From IMG/VR virus record IMGVR_UViG_3300009788_000096, positions 1 through 64,000 of that record: a stretch of DNA of 64,000 nt; one strand, given 5' to 3'. A program made the position numbers and the translations under genes. The notes beneath the pieces were generated by a model. The model saw nothing but the letters and a program-made list of their open reading frames with translations, ran no database searches and was not told the origin of the DNA. Source of the stretch: a virus. Position 1 is the stretch's first letter. Every line of letters begins with the position of its first letter. Positions 56,899 through 64,000 of this stretch are shown piece by piece.

Positions 56899-57943
56899 GC
56901 TGTCAATTATTGTACCGTATGTGAACGAGTATCCACAAATCCTTTTTACACTTCAAAGTATTGCGCAAGACCTACGAGGTCGCGTTGACTTTGAAGTCAT
57001 TGCTGTAAACAACTATTGCGATGAAGTCATTGCTCAAGATCGCGATAGCACAAGACGAATCATTCGAAGATTAAAAGCATTTTACAATATCGAGGCTTCA
57101 GATGAAGAAATTGTTGAAACATTGGTCGGTGAAGAAATTGGACTCATTGGGCCAGAAGATAAAGGTGGCAAGGCAGTAGAAGCATGTGCTAAAGGGAACG
57201 ACTGGCTTACGGCGATTTCATACACGGACAAGTTAAGTCATTGGAATGCGAAGCGTTTCGGCATTGAAAATAGCAGTGGTGATTATTTTCAATTCATTGA
57301 TTCCCATTGCATCGTCGGCCGGAATTTGCTGTATGATATGTTTGACTTTTATAAAGATAACGCTTGGAGCATGGATGGCACGCTCCATCCGCCCTTGACA
57401 TATCTCATTTTGGAATGGCGAAGATTAATATATGGATTAAGATTTGTCCATACCGAAAAACAAGCGCAACTTGACTATAAGTTTTCGAGTTACCAACATC
57501 CCGAGAGTGGCTTGCCATACGAGGTTCCGTGTATGTCGACTTGTGGTATGCTAATGACTCGGGAGCTATACGAAGAAACTGGTGGCTGGCCTAAAGAACT
57601 GGGAATTTATAGTGGAGGCGAGCACTTCATGAATTTCACCCTTGCTGTTCTTGGAAAGAAGAAGTATATCTTTCCAACTAAATTTGCGTTGTATCATCAT
57701 GCCGAAAAAAGAGGATATGCTTTTAACTCCGGTGATACTCTTCGCAATCGCTTAATAGCAGCATATCTATACGGTGGCCTTGATTGGTTTTATGAAAATA
57801 TAAAGAAGTGTAAAGGTCGGCCAAATGTGATTAAGAAGTTTCAAGCGGAGATTCCATTATTGTGCAAAGATCAGCGGCAATGGATTAAAGATCGACAAGA
57901 GATGACTATATTCGAATGGCTGGAAAAGTGGGGAAAGATATGA
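56891..57943 (+). CDS. GT-A glycosyltransferase resembling polypeptide GalNAc-transferases (GT2/GT27-like)
   Basis: SIIVPYVNE, FIDSHC (DxH), PCMSTCGMLMTRELYEETGGW..IYSGGE, YHH. Confidence 0.8.
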   Translation: MAELSIIVPYVNEYPQILFTLQSIAQDLRGRVDFEVIAVNNYCDEVIAQDRDSTRRIIRRLKAFYNIEASDEEIVETLVGEEIGLIGPEDKGGKAVEACAKGNDWLTAISYTDKLSHWNAKRFGIENSSGDYFQFIDSHCIVGRNLLYDMFDFYKDNAWSMDGTLHPPLTYLILEWRRLIYGLRFVHTEKQAQLDYKFSSYQHPESGLPYEVPCMSTCGMLMTRELYEETGGWPKELGIYSGGEHFMNFTLAVLGKKKYIFPTKFALYHHAEKRGYAFNSGDTLRNRLIAAYLYGGLDWFYENIKKCKGRPNVIKKFQAEIPLLCKDQRQWIKDRQEMTIFEWLEKWGKI

Positions 57944-58344
57944 AAAAAGAAACGGATTATAAAAGCTACCTTGACTCTCTTGAAGAAAAAGTAATTATCC
58001 CTGGAATCGTTTCTGGTGAACTGTGCAAGAAAAGAAAAGTTCCCGCAAGAAAAGGCAAGCTGTATAAAAGCGATTTCGGAAAATTTGTAGGCGAGTCATT
58101 CGATTGTAAGGATGCAGCTGCCATAGATTATTACGGGTACTTTAAAAAATCGAGTGGCTTCAAGCCTCTAATTACTTCGTACGAAGACATTGAAGTCAAG
58201 TCAATAAAGATAAAGGTTTGCCATTTCGCTTCTATCAAAATCGAATACGTATCAAAGATGGCACCGGAGTTGATGGAGGAGTTCTTTAACTTCAAAGGCT
58301 ATTTACTTCTCTTGAGGGGATTTAAGAGCGGGAACTTTGACTAA
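57940..58344 (+). CDS. hypothetical protein
   Basis: Last gene of the rightward operon. Confidence 0.55.
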   Translation: MKKETDYKSYLDSLEEKVIIPGIVSGELCKKRKVPARKGKLYKSDFGKFVGESFDCKDAAAIDYYGYFKKSSGFKPLITSYEDIEVKSIKIKVCHFASIKIEYVSKMAPELMEEFFNFKGYLLLLRGFKSGNFD

Positions 58345-58366
58345 GTGGATCCAAGAGTAGCGGTGG

Positions 58367-58549
58367 TTAAGCCTCCGCTGCTCTTTGAAATACTTCTTCA
58401 AGCTTGTCATACTGTTTTTCTGTTAAGTAATTATTATCTTCATAAAACGTTTCCACATTGGCCACGAAGTTAGTCTCCCAATCGTCCAATGGATCATGTT
58501 CCATGAACTGGAAGATATGTTCGATTCGGCTATGTTTTCTTATCTTCAT
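58367..58549 (-). CDS. small conserved phage protein
   Basis: LDDWETNFV...LTEKQ..KLEE. Confidence 0.7.
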   Translation of the reverse strand: MKIRKHSRIEHIFQFMEHDPLDDWETNFVANVETFYEDNNYLTEKQYDKLEEVFQRAAEA

Positions 58550-58905
58550 TTGCTTCTCCTTTTAATGACTCGCTTTTTCTTTCTCCTTTTAATAATTCGT
58601 TTTCCTTGTTGAAATTTAAACGCAACTGACAGTTCGTTAATTCTGGATTGTATCCCTCGTATTCTTGATTTTAAACTTCTGATATATTCATAATACTGGT
58701 CTTCGTTTTTGATATAGAAGTATCCGCTGCCACGACTTCCTATTGGATGCCTCCTTGAGATAAGTTCACGGATAATCTTCCGGACTCCCGGCTGAGACAA
58801 GTCCCATTTGTCTTTAGTATTTAATATACGTCCGATTTGTTGGGCTGTTATTGGATTAGTCCAGCTTGCATTTTTAATTAATTCAAGAATTTCGCGAGCG
58901 TTCAT
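58546..58905 (-). CDS. winged-helix DNA-binding protein with IKRR tail
   Basis: PITAQQIG..VRKIIREL..PIGS..GYF. Confidence 0.75.
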   Translation of the reverse strand: MNAREILELIKNASWTNPITAQQIGRILNTKDKWDLSQPGVRKIIRELISRRHPIGSRGSGYFYIKNEDQYYEYIRSLKSRIRGIQSRINELSVAFKFQQGKRIIKRRKKKRVIKRRSK

Positions 58906-59126
58906 CTTCTTTTTCTCCTCTTGATAATCCGTTTTTGCTTCACGATTTTTAACCTGTTTAACTTCTTGAAGTGGCGTGGACATAAGGCCAGCCTTAATCC
59001 GCGTGGATCTCCAGCCTCACGATTGCCGATAACAACTCCAATAATATCATCACGCCATTTACAGTCGGGGTCTAAGTCAAAGCACTCCCAACAGACACGA
59101 CTTCCCTGTAATCTAACAAGTCTCAT
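58902..59126 (-). CDS. small Zn-finger protein with IKRR tail
   Basis: CWEC...LCPRH. Confidence 0.65.
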   Translation of the reverse strand: MRLVRLQGSRVCWECFDLDPDCKWRDDIIGVVIGNREAGDPRGLRLALCPRHFKKLNRLKIVKQKRIIKRRKRR

Positions 59127-59344
59127 CTTATCACGATCCTCGCCGTTTTGGGATTAACAAATACTTCAGGTTTGACATTCTCAGGCTGATCATTGAGTTG
59201 AGTCAAGGGATCAGCAGTAGGTATGTGAAGCATAGTGTCAAAGTCAACCTCAATAGTTATGCTGGCGCCAGTTTTGAATACATGATCAAAAAGATGTTGA
59301 AGTGTTTCCGCTGTATTTTGACTTATCTCAACTTTTAGTTTCAT
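59123..59344 (-). CDS. hypothetical protein
   Basis: Operon packing. Confidence 0.6.
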   Translation of the reverse strand: MKLKVEISQNTAETLQHLFDHVFKTGASITIEVDFDTMLHIPTADPLTQLNDQPENVKPEVFVNPKTARIVIR

Positions 59345-59670
59345 TATACTCTCCTTCGTAGATTCTTTGCTGTCGTTGATTTCCCATAGAAGATATTAAC
59401 AAGTAAAGAATTTTCACCATATAATATCCTCGCCTCCTTGTAAAGCCTATATCCAAAGCATTCCTTATATTGAATAACCACATCGGTTCTAACGACCTCT
59501 CCCCATTTCCCAAAAAGATAAGTCAATGGCAAACGAAGTAAATCAATACGAGATTTGATTCTCCAAGGTTTCATCCAGATGTGAGGGTACATTGTTGAAG
59601 TGGTTGTTGCTTGGAATCTTATTAACGTAGTGGTTGTCGTGTTATTTCCAAATTGCGCCGGCTCAAGCAT
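59344..59670 (-). CDS. hypothetical protein
   Basis: GGAGG SD. Confidence 0.6.
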   Translation of the reverse strand: MLEPAQFGNNTTTTTLIRFQATTTSTMYPHIWMKPWRIKSRIDLLRLPLTYLFGKWGEVVRTDVVIQYKECFGYRLYKEARILYGENSLLVNIFYGKSTTAKNLRRRV

Positions 59671-59766
59671 TTTTACCTCCAAGTTAAAATGGGGTGCCCC
59701 GATTGATTTCTATTCACAAGCACATTCCCCAACATGCTTGACCCTTTGATCGGGCACCCCAAATTG

Positions 59767-60015
59767 TTAAGCTAAAAAACCAGTTTTGTGTGCTGGATCT
59801 ATTTGACTAATATATGTAATCCCAGCTTTACTTATGGTTGCTGGAAACTCAACGGACAACAAGCTCGGGTGCCTTATTCGAATTTTAACATTGTATGCTT
59901 CTTTGGCATCCCATGTCCAGCTTTCAAATTCTTTTGCTGTTCCAGCAAACATTTCCACTCCGTCAAAGCAAGAGTAAACTCCAATAACACATTGATCTGG
60001 TAGTAAAACTCGCAT
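59767..60015 (-). CDS. hypothetical protein
   Basis: AAGGGGG SD. Confidence 0.55.
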   Translation of the reverse strand: MRVLLPDQCVIGVYSCFDGVEMFAGTAKEFESWTWDAKEAYNVKIRIRHPSLLSVEFPATISKAGITYISQIDPAHKTGFLA

Positions 60016-60085
60016 AATATAATTTCCCCCTTATAAGTTATAAACGCCTTATAGACGCCGGCTGGCGCGTCACAGTGAGTCAATT

Positions 60086-60832
60086 TTACTTAAGTTTCAA
60101 ACCAAAATTAATATCCAGAGAACCGCTGACAACTATGTTTATTGTTTCGGCGTCACTGGGTTTTAATTCCAAATCATGAAGACATTCATAAAGGTGGCTT
60201 ATTTGTTTTCTGAATTCTTCAAGCTCGTCTTTTAATATTTTCTTAACGATTTTAGCCCAGTCAGGAACGCCTTGCGCTTCAGGGTCGGAAGGTTGTTGAT
60301 ACGATGGAAGATCCCGTGAGTATTTTATTGCCTGATTCAGTTTGAGTTTGGTGCCTTCTTCGGTGCACCGATATTGATGCAGACTGCTGCCATCGGCAAC
60401 GACTTTCTGTGTTTCGATGAAAGCTCCAAACGCAGTCTTCACCATTTTGGCCATGCAGTTTTGGATTTGTTTTTTATCGTGGTGTCTCCTTAATTGGGGC
60501 AATATATCATTCACGGTAAATACTTTCCCACCGATCAGATGGCAAATGATTGCCCCTTTTAATGAATCGGTATTGTCAATGTGTTTTTCCAAATATTCTC
60601 TGTTTATTTGCGCTTGATCCAGAATAGTCATTTTTCCTGCCCTCCTTTCAGGCGTGCTACTCGTATATTTCGGTTTTTTGTAAATCAATTTCTTTTTTTG
60701 TTTTTGTTTTTTGAATTCCTCTTCGGTTGCGGTTGCTGCTTCTTGTTCATATTCCTGCTTGAAGTAATCTTCGAGAGATTTCCCGTCAACCATTATCCCT
60801 TCCCAGTTTTTTTTATCCTCGGCCGGTGCCAT
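60086..60832 (-). CDS. hypothetical protein with a central winged-helix-like region
   Basis: 248 aa; GAGG SD. Confidence 0.65.
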   Translation of the reverse strand: MAPAEDKKNWEGIMVDGKSLEDYFKQEYEQEAATATEEEFKKQKQKKKLIYKKPKYTSSTPERRAGKMTILDQAQINREYLEKHIDNTDSLKGAIICHLIGGKVFTVNDILPQLRRHHDKKQIQNCMAKMVKTAFGAFIETQKVVADGSSLHQYRCTEEGTKLKLNQAIKYSRDLPSYQQPSDPEAQGVPDWAKIVKKILKDELEEFRKQISHLYECLHDLELKPSDAETINIVVSGSLDINFGLKLK

Positions 60833-61199
60833 GACTACCTCTCATTGTTAAGATGTCCGTTTGGAGCAATCTTAATTCGTCGGCGAAAGACTGCCGTACT
60901 TTCAATCCGAATGTTGTCTGCCACCATTCCTCAGGATACTTGTCTGTTGTAACATTCTGCAACGAAGTATTCGCTTGAGTTATGATACTTAATATGTTGG
61001 TGACAGTGAATTCAGTCTGAAACTCAACCGACGTTTTTATGAGTTTGACTAATTCGGAAAAATTAAAAGTAATCATTCTTCCAAAGTCTTCGTTCCACCA
61101 ATCAGCACCATGTTTATCATCTGTAATCGTTGGACGATTCACTTGGTCTATGCGCGTTAGAACAGTGCCTTTAGTAAAAGTTAAACCGCGTACCGCCAT
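60813..61199 (-). CDS. hypothetical protein
   Basis: GGAGGTG SD. Confidence 0.65.
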   Translation of the reverse strand: MAVRGLTFTKGTVLTRIDQVNRPTITDDKHGADWWNEDFGRMITFNFSELVKLIKTSVEFQTEFTVTNILSIITQANTSLQNVTTDKYPEEWWQTTFGLKVRQSFADELRLLQTDILTMRGSHGTGRG

Positions 61200-61516
61200 T
61201 AGACTTCACCTCCTTTCTTTTTAGAGATTGCTTCGCACAATGATAATGCAGTTTGAATAATATGCATCCACCTATTGTCGAAGTCATGTGCGTCCCAGTT
61301 TTCAGTATAAGTTAAACCGCGAAGGAAATTTCGGACATGCATTCCTTCACGAAAATGGACAGAATGAGGAATACCGTCTTCGGTCCAAATGGATTGAACT
61401 AAACTACCATATTCGTCAACGCACATTTGGAAGAAAGCAATTCCGTCGTAGCCAAGCCAAACTAATATTCTGGCAAACATATCTTTTTCAATCTCGCTGA
61501 TTTCATTCGGTTTCAT
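61199..61516 (-). CDS. conserved phage protein (HSVHFREGMHVRNFLR motif)
   Basis: AGGAGG SD. Confidence 0.7.
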   Translation of the reverse strand: MKPNEISEIEKDMFARILVWLGYDGIAFFQMCVDEYGSLVQSIWTEDGIPHSVHFREGMHVRNFLRGLTYTENWDAHDFDNRWMHIIQTALSLCEAISKKKGGEV

Positions 61517-62151
61517 ATCTTCCTCCTTTTGATAATTCGCTTTTTCTTTCTTCTCTTGATAAATCGTTGACCACCAAAGGTCCGCTGCGGGTGACACCAC
61601 TTTAGAAAGTCATCAAGACGAAGAATAACGATGTTATAGTTATTTACAAAAACATGAAACCGCGACTTACCACCAAGCGGTCCGTTTTGTCTTTCTATAA
61701 ATTTGAAAGTATAATCATCCATTACGATGCATTTATCTTTACGATCACGTTTGAAGATAAGGAAAGAATATCTTCGTGCATGCTCGGCTTTTTCTTTTGA
61801 AAGTTTCCTCCACCACTTTAATAATAAGGCATCATGTTTCGCAGTCAAAGGATTATCGAGGATAGACAATGGATCGACAGAAGAACTTGGCGCCCTCTTC
61901 TTTTTCTTTCCACCTCCGCCATATCCTCTTTTAAATTCCCAAATTGCGAGTGTAGTATATGGTTTACTATATATTGCAGTTGACATCATGTCGCCGGCTG
62001 CATCCATAGTTTCCCTCATTTGTTTCATGCGAGTCGTAGCGCGAGCACCAGATCCGGGAGTCCGCCAGAAGACATCGTCTCGCATTTGACTTGTAACCCA
62101 CAGCGATAACTCTTTGCACATTTCCCTTTCGAACCCGCTTCCTTTAGCCAT
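61513..62151 (-). CDS. Holliday junction resolvase (Hjc-like PD-(D/E)xK nuclease)
   Basis: KGSGFEREMCKELS, RTPGSGA, GD, EFKRGY. Confidence 0.85.
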   Translation of the reverse strand: MAKGSGFEREMCKELSLWVTSQMRDDVFWRTPGSGARATTRMKQMRETMDAAGDMMSTAIYSKPYTTLAIWEFKRGYGGGGKKKKRAPSSSVDPLSILDNPLTAKHDALLLKWWRKLSKEKAEHARRYSFLIFKRDRKDKCIVMDDYTFKFIERQNGPLGGKSRFHVFVNNYNIVILRLDDFLKWCHPQRTFGGQRFIKRRKKKRIIKRRKI

Positions 62152-62369
62152 TAGTTTACCCTTATTAACTTTATGTTCATGATAGTCGGCTTGCCAAAAA
62201 TTTCAGATGGAATGCTTAAGTTTTCTTCATCTTCGAAAAAATTAAATCTTAGATGTTTATGCTCTTCACAGACATGAATACCTATACGCATGTTTAGATT
62301 ATTGTTTGAACACCAAACAGTTTCCACCCATAGTTCATTGCAATTTTCTACAGCACAATCCATAGCCAT
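62151..62369 (-). CDS. small Zn-finger protein (paralog of 62985-63200)
   Basis: CxxxxC...CEEHK..F.FF. Confidence 0.65.
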   Translation of the reverse strand: MAMDCAVENCNELWVETVWCSNNNLNMRIGIHVCEEHKHLRFNFFEDEENLSIPSEIFGKPTIMNIKLIRVN

Positions 62370-62374
62370 TTTAT

Positions 62375-62656
62375 TTATCCTCCTCGGCCAACCATATCGG
62401 CTAATGATGTTTCACATATTTCCATCGCAGTTTTGCTTACTTCAGCTTTACTTTTGGAAGTAACGTAAACAGCTTTCGTAAACATTTCCTCACTGCAAGA
62501 GGTGCAGTACTTATGGCTTATCCCCCAGCCGGGAGCCAAGGTTCTACAAGTTGTTAAACACCAAGGGCATTTGACGCTGATGATAAGGCGTTCTTGGATT
62601 CTCTTGGGAAGCATTTTGTATATTATATTATACATTATTATTTTTAGTTTAGCCAT
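62375..62656 (-). CDS. small Zn-binding protein
   Basis: CPWC...SHKYCTSC. Confidence 0.65.
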   Translation of the reverse strand: MAKLKIIMYNIIYKMLPKRIQERLIISVKCPWCLTTCRTLAPGWGISHKYCTSCSEEMFTKAVYVTSKSKAEVSKTAMEICETSLADMVGRGG

Positions 62657-62766
62657 TTTACTTTTCCTTTTTCCTCACTTTTTTCATTGCTTCAAATAAA
62701 GTAGTCTTGCCATACATCCGTGCATATAGCATCATGAACTTTTTGTCTTTTTTCTTCAGCAGACTT

Positions 62767-62985
62767 TCAACTAACTTTATTTGAGTTTCCATTATCTTCG
62801 TCGTCATTTTCAATCTTATGTTCCTTTTCAATATCGTCAACTAAATTTGCAATCAATCCCATGATATGTTTGCACTCTCCTGTTTGGCGCGGATAGTTTA
62901 GCTCTCTTGGATAAGCGATATCGTAAAGTATTAACGACAGTGCCCGCAAGACAAGAAGTGCAAATCTGATTCTAAACTTTTTCAT
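62767..62985 (-). CDS. hypothetical protein
   Basis: Operon packing. Confidence 0.5.
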   Translation of the reverse strand: MKKFRIRFALLVLRALSLILYDIAYPRELNYPRQTGECKHIMGLIANLVDDIEKEHKIENDDEDNGNSNKVS

Positions 62986-63200
62986 TAGTATATCCTTATT
63001 GCTTTAAGAATTATTTTTACTGGACCGGTTACATCCGGCGCCGATATTTGATCTTCAAGTTCCTTAAAAAAAGTAAACTCGTAATTCTTATGCTCTTCGC
63101 AAAGTGCAAAGCTTACATGGATTGTATTCTTTTTATTTGTCTCAACCCTAAGAAGTGTTGACAAATTTGGGCAATGTTCTATAACGCAAGTGCCACACAT
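62985..63200 (-). CDS. small Zn-finger protein (paralog of 62151-62369)
   Basis: CVIEHC...LCEEHK..FTFF. Confidence 0.65.
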   Translation of the reverse strand: MCGTCVIEHCPNLSTLLRVETNKKNTIHVSFALCEEHKNYEFTFFKELEDQISAPDVTGPVKIILKAIRIY

Positions 63201-63556
63201 GACTACATCCTTTTTAACTTGTTTTTAGGAACCTTCCCTTCTATTTTACGCCAGTTGTTATCACTATCTTTGAAATATAAGGTTACGAATATTTGATGTT
63301 TCGTTTCCCTCCTTATCTTGACTCTTGTCGCTCCGTCCTTGTTCAACATGAAAAAGGGTTTTTCTGACATATCCTCTTGGATTTTTTTTGACATCTTTTT
63401 GCCTCCGGGTTCTTCCATTATGTCTATAGATTCTGAAGTATCTGCAACATTTCGAATTGCAATAACCAAGTGTGAATCCGGACTCCGCCAGCATTGATTC
63501 CGTCGACCAGTCAAGAGTATAGTCATCGCCGCAATTTGGACAGTGTTCTGGGAATA

Positions 63557-63835
63557 TCATGGTGGTGTCCTCTGTCCTCCGAGAATTGAGTTTTGGGTAT
63601 TCATCGTTTCAATAATAAGTTGCAGGCAGCCGAGTAGCATTGGAAGCGTCTTGTGGCCAAGTAGTAAAAGGCCAACGAAGATTTCACCGCCGCAATGAAT
63701 ACATTTATCGCCCATGATCTTCGTGATGTCCTCTTTAAACGGATCAAGATCGATAAGCATTTCCTGTTTGCAATGCATACAAACAATGCGAGGCCTGAGT
63801 TCTTCCTTTTGAATTTTAATTAATTCACCAGTCAT
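63557..63835 (-). CDS. Zn-ribbon protein
   Basis: CMHC...CIHC; AAAGGAG SD. Confidence 0.65.
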   Translation of the reverse strand: MTGELIKIQKEELRPRIVCMHCKQEMLIDLDPFKEDITKIMGDKCIHCGGEIFVGLLLLGHKTLPMLLGCLQLIIETMNTQNSILGGQRTPP

Positions 63836-63838
63836 TGT

Positions 63839-64000
63839 TTATTCTCCTTTATCTTCTTTTGCTTCTTCTTTTAGTCGGCGTTCCTTCCTATCGAACATAT
63901 CATGAGGAAGCGAATACCAACCGTCGCGTTTGTTGACTGCCAGTTCAAATGCTTCTAAACATCCCATCAAAAATTCTGCCAGAAGATAATCCGGGGTATC
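63839..64000 (-). CDS. 3' part of a conserved phage protein (DTPDYLLAEFL motif)
   Basis: Open frame from the right edge. Confidence 0.55.
   Translation of the reverse strand, partial: DTPDYLLAEFLMGCLEAFELAVNKRDGWYSLPHDMFDRKERRLKEEAKEDKGE

Noticed and set aside
52814-57943. Glycosyltransferase cluster as a DNA hypermodification or host LPS island
   Set aside because: No base hydroxymethylase or nucleotide-modifying genes, and no flippase or polymerase, in the window. Linkage to poly-Thr virion genes fits protein glycosylation better, though the rest of the genome is unseen so this is not fully excluded.

Overview
This window is a 64-kb segment of a tailed dsDNA phage, siphovirus-like, with no integrase or host genes visible. 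It has four parts. (1) 1-14.2 kb is a leftward early/accessory region of small genes. It is punctuated by 15 type II hammerhead ribozymes, each lying between a stop codon (or terminator) and a strong TAAC(C/T)...GGAGG ribosome-binding leader. (2) 14.3-16.2 kb is a divergent control region with promoters, a terminator/antiterminator candidate and iteron-like repeats. (3) 16.2-58.3 kb is a rightward morphogenesis operon: terminases, tRNA-Gly, portal, MuF-toxin fusion, capsid, tail, tape measure, tail tip, SPRY/LamG fibres and lysis genes. It ends in a glycosyltransferase, methyltransferase and sulfotransferase cluster. (4) 58.4-64 kb holds leftward small genes, including a Holliday-junction resolvase. 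Three candidate novel systems stand out. First, a hammerhead-ribozyme array with covarying pseudoknots, which should cut the early transcript into gene-sized, potentially circularisable mRNAs. Second, a virion O-glycosylation system: nine late proteins carry mucin-like poly-Thr tracts, next to a ppGalNAc-transferase-like enzyme and other glycan-modifying enzymes. Third, two tandem paralogous basic mini-proteins with an in-frame UGA, a U-x17-C pattern and bSECIS-like hairpins, which look like phage selenoproteins. All calls were made by eye from motifs; no database searches were run.
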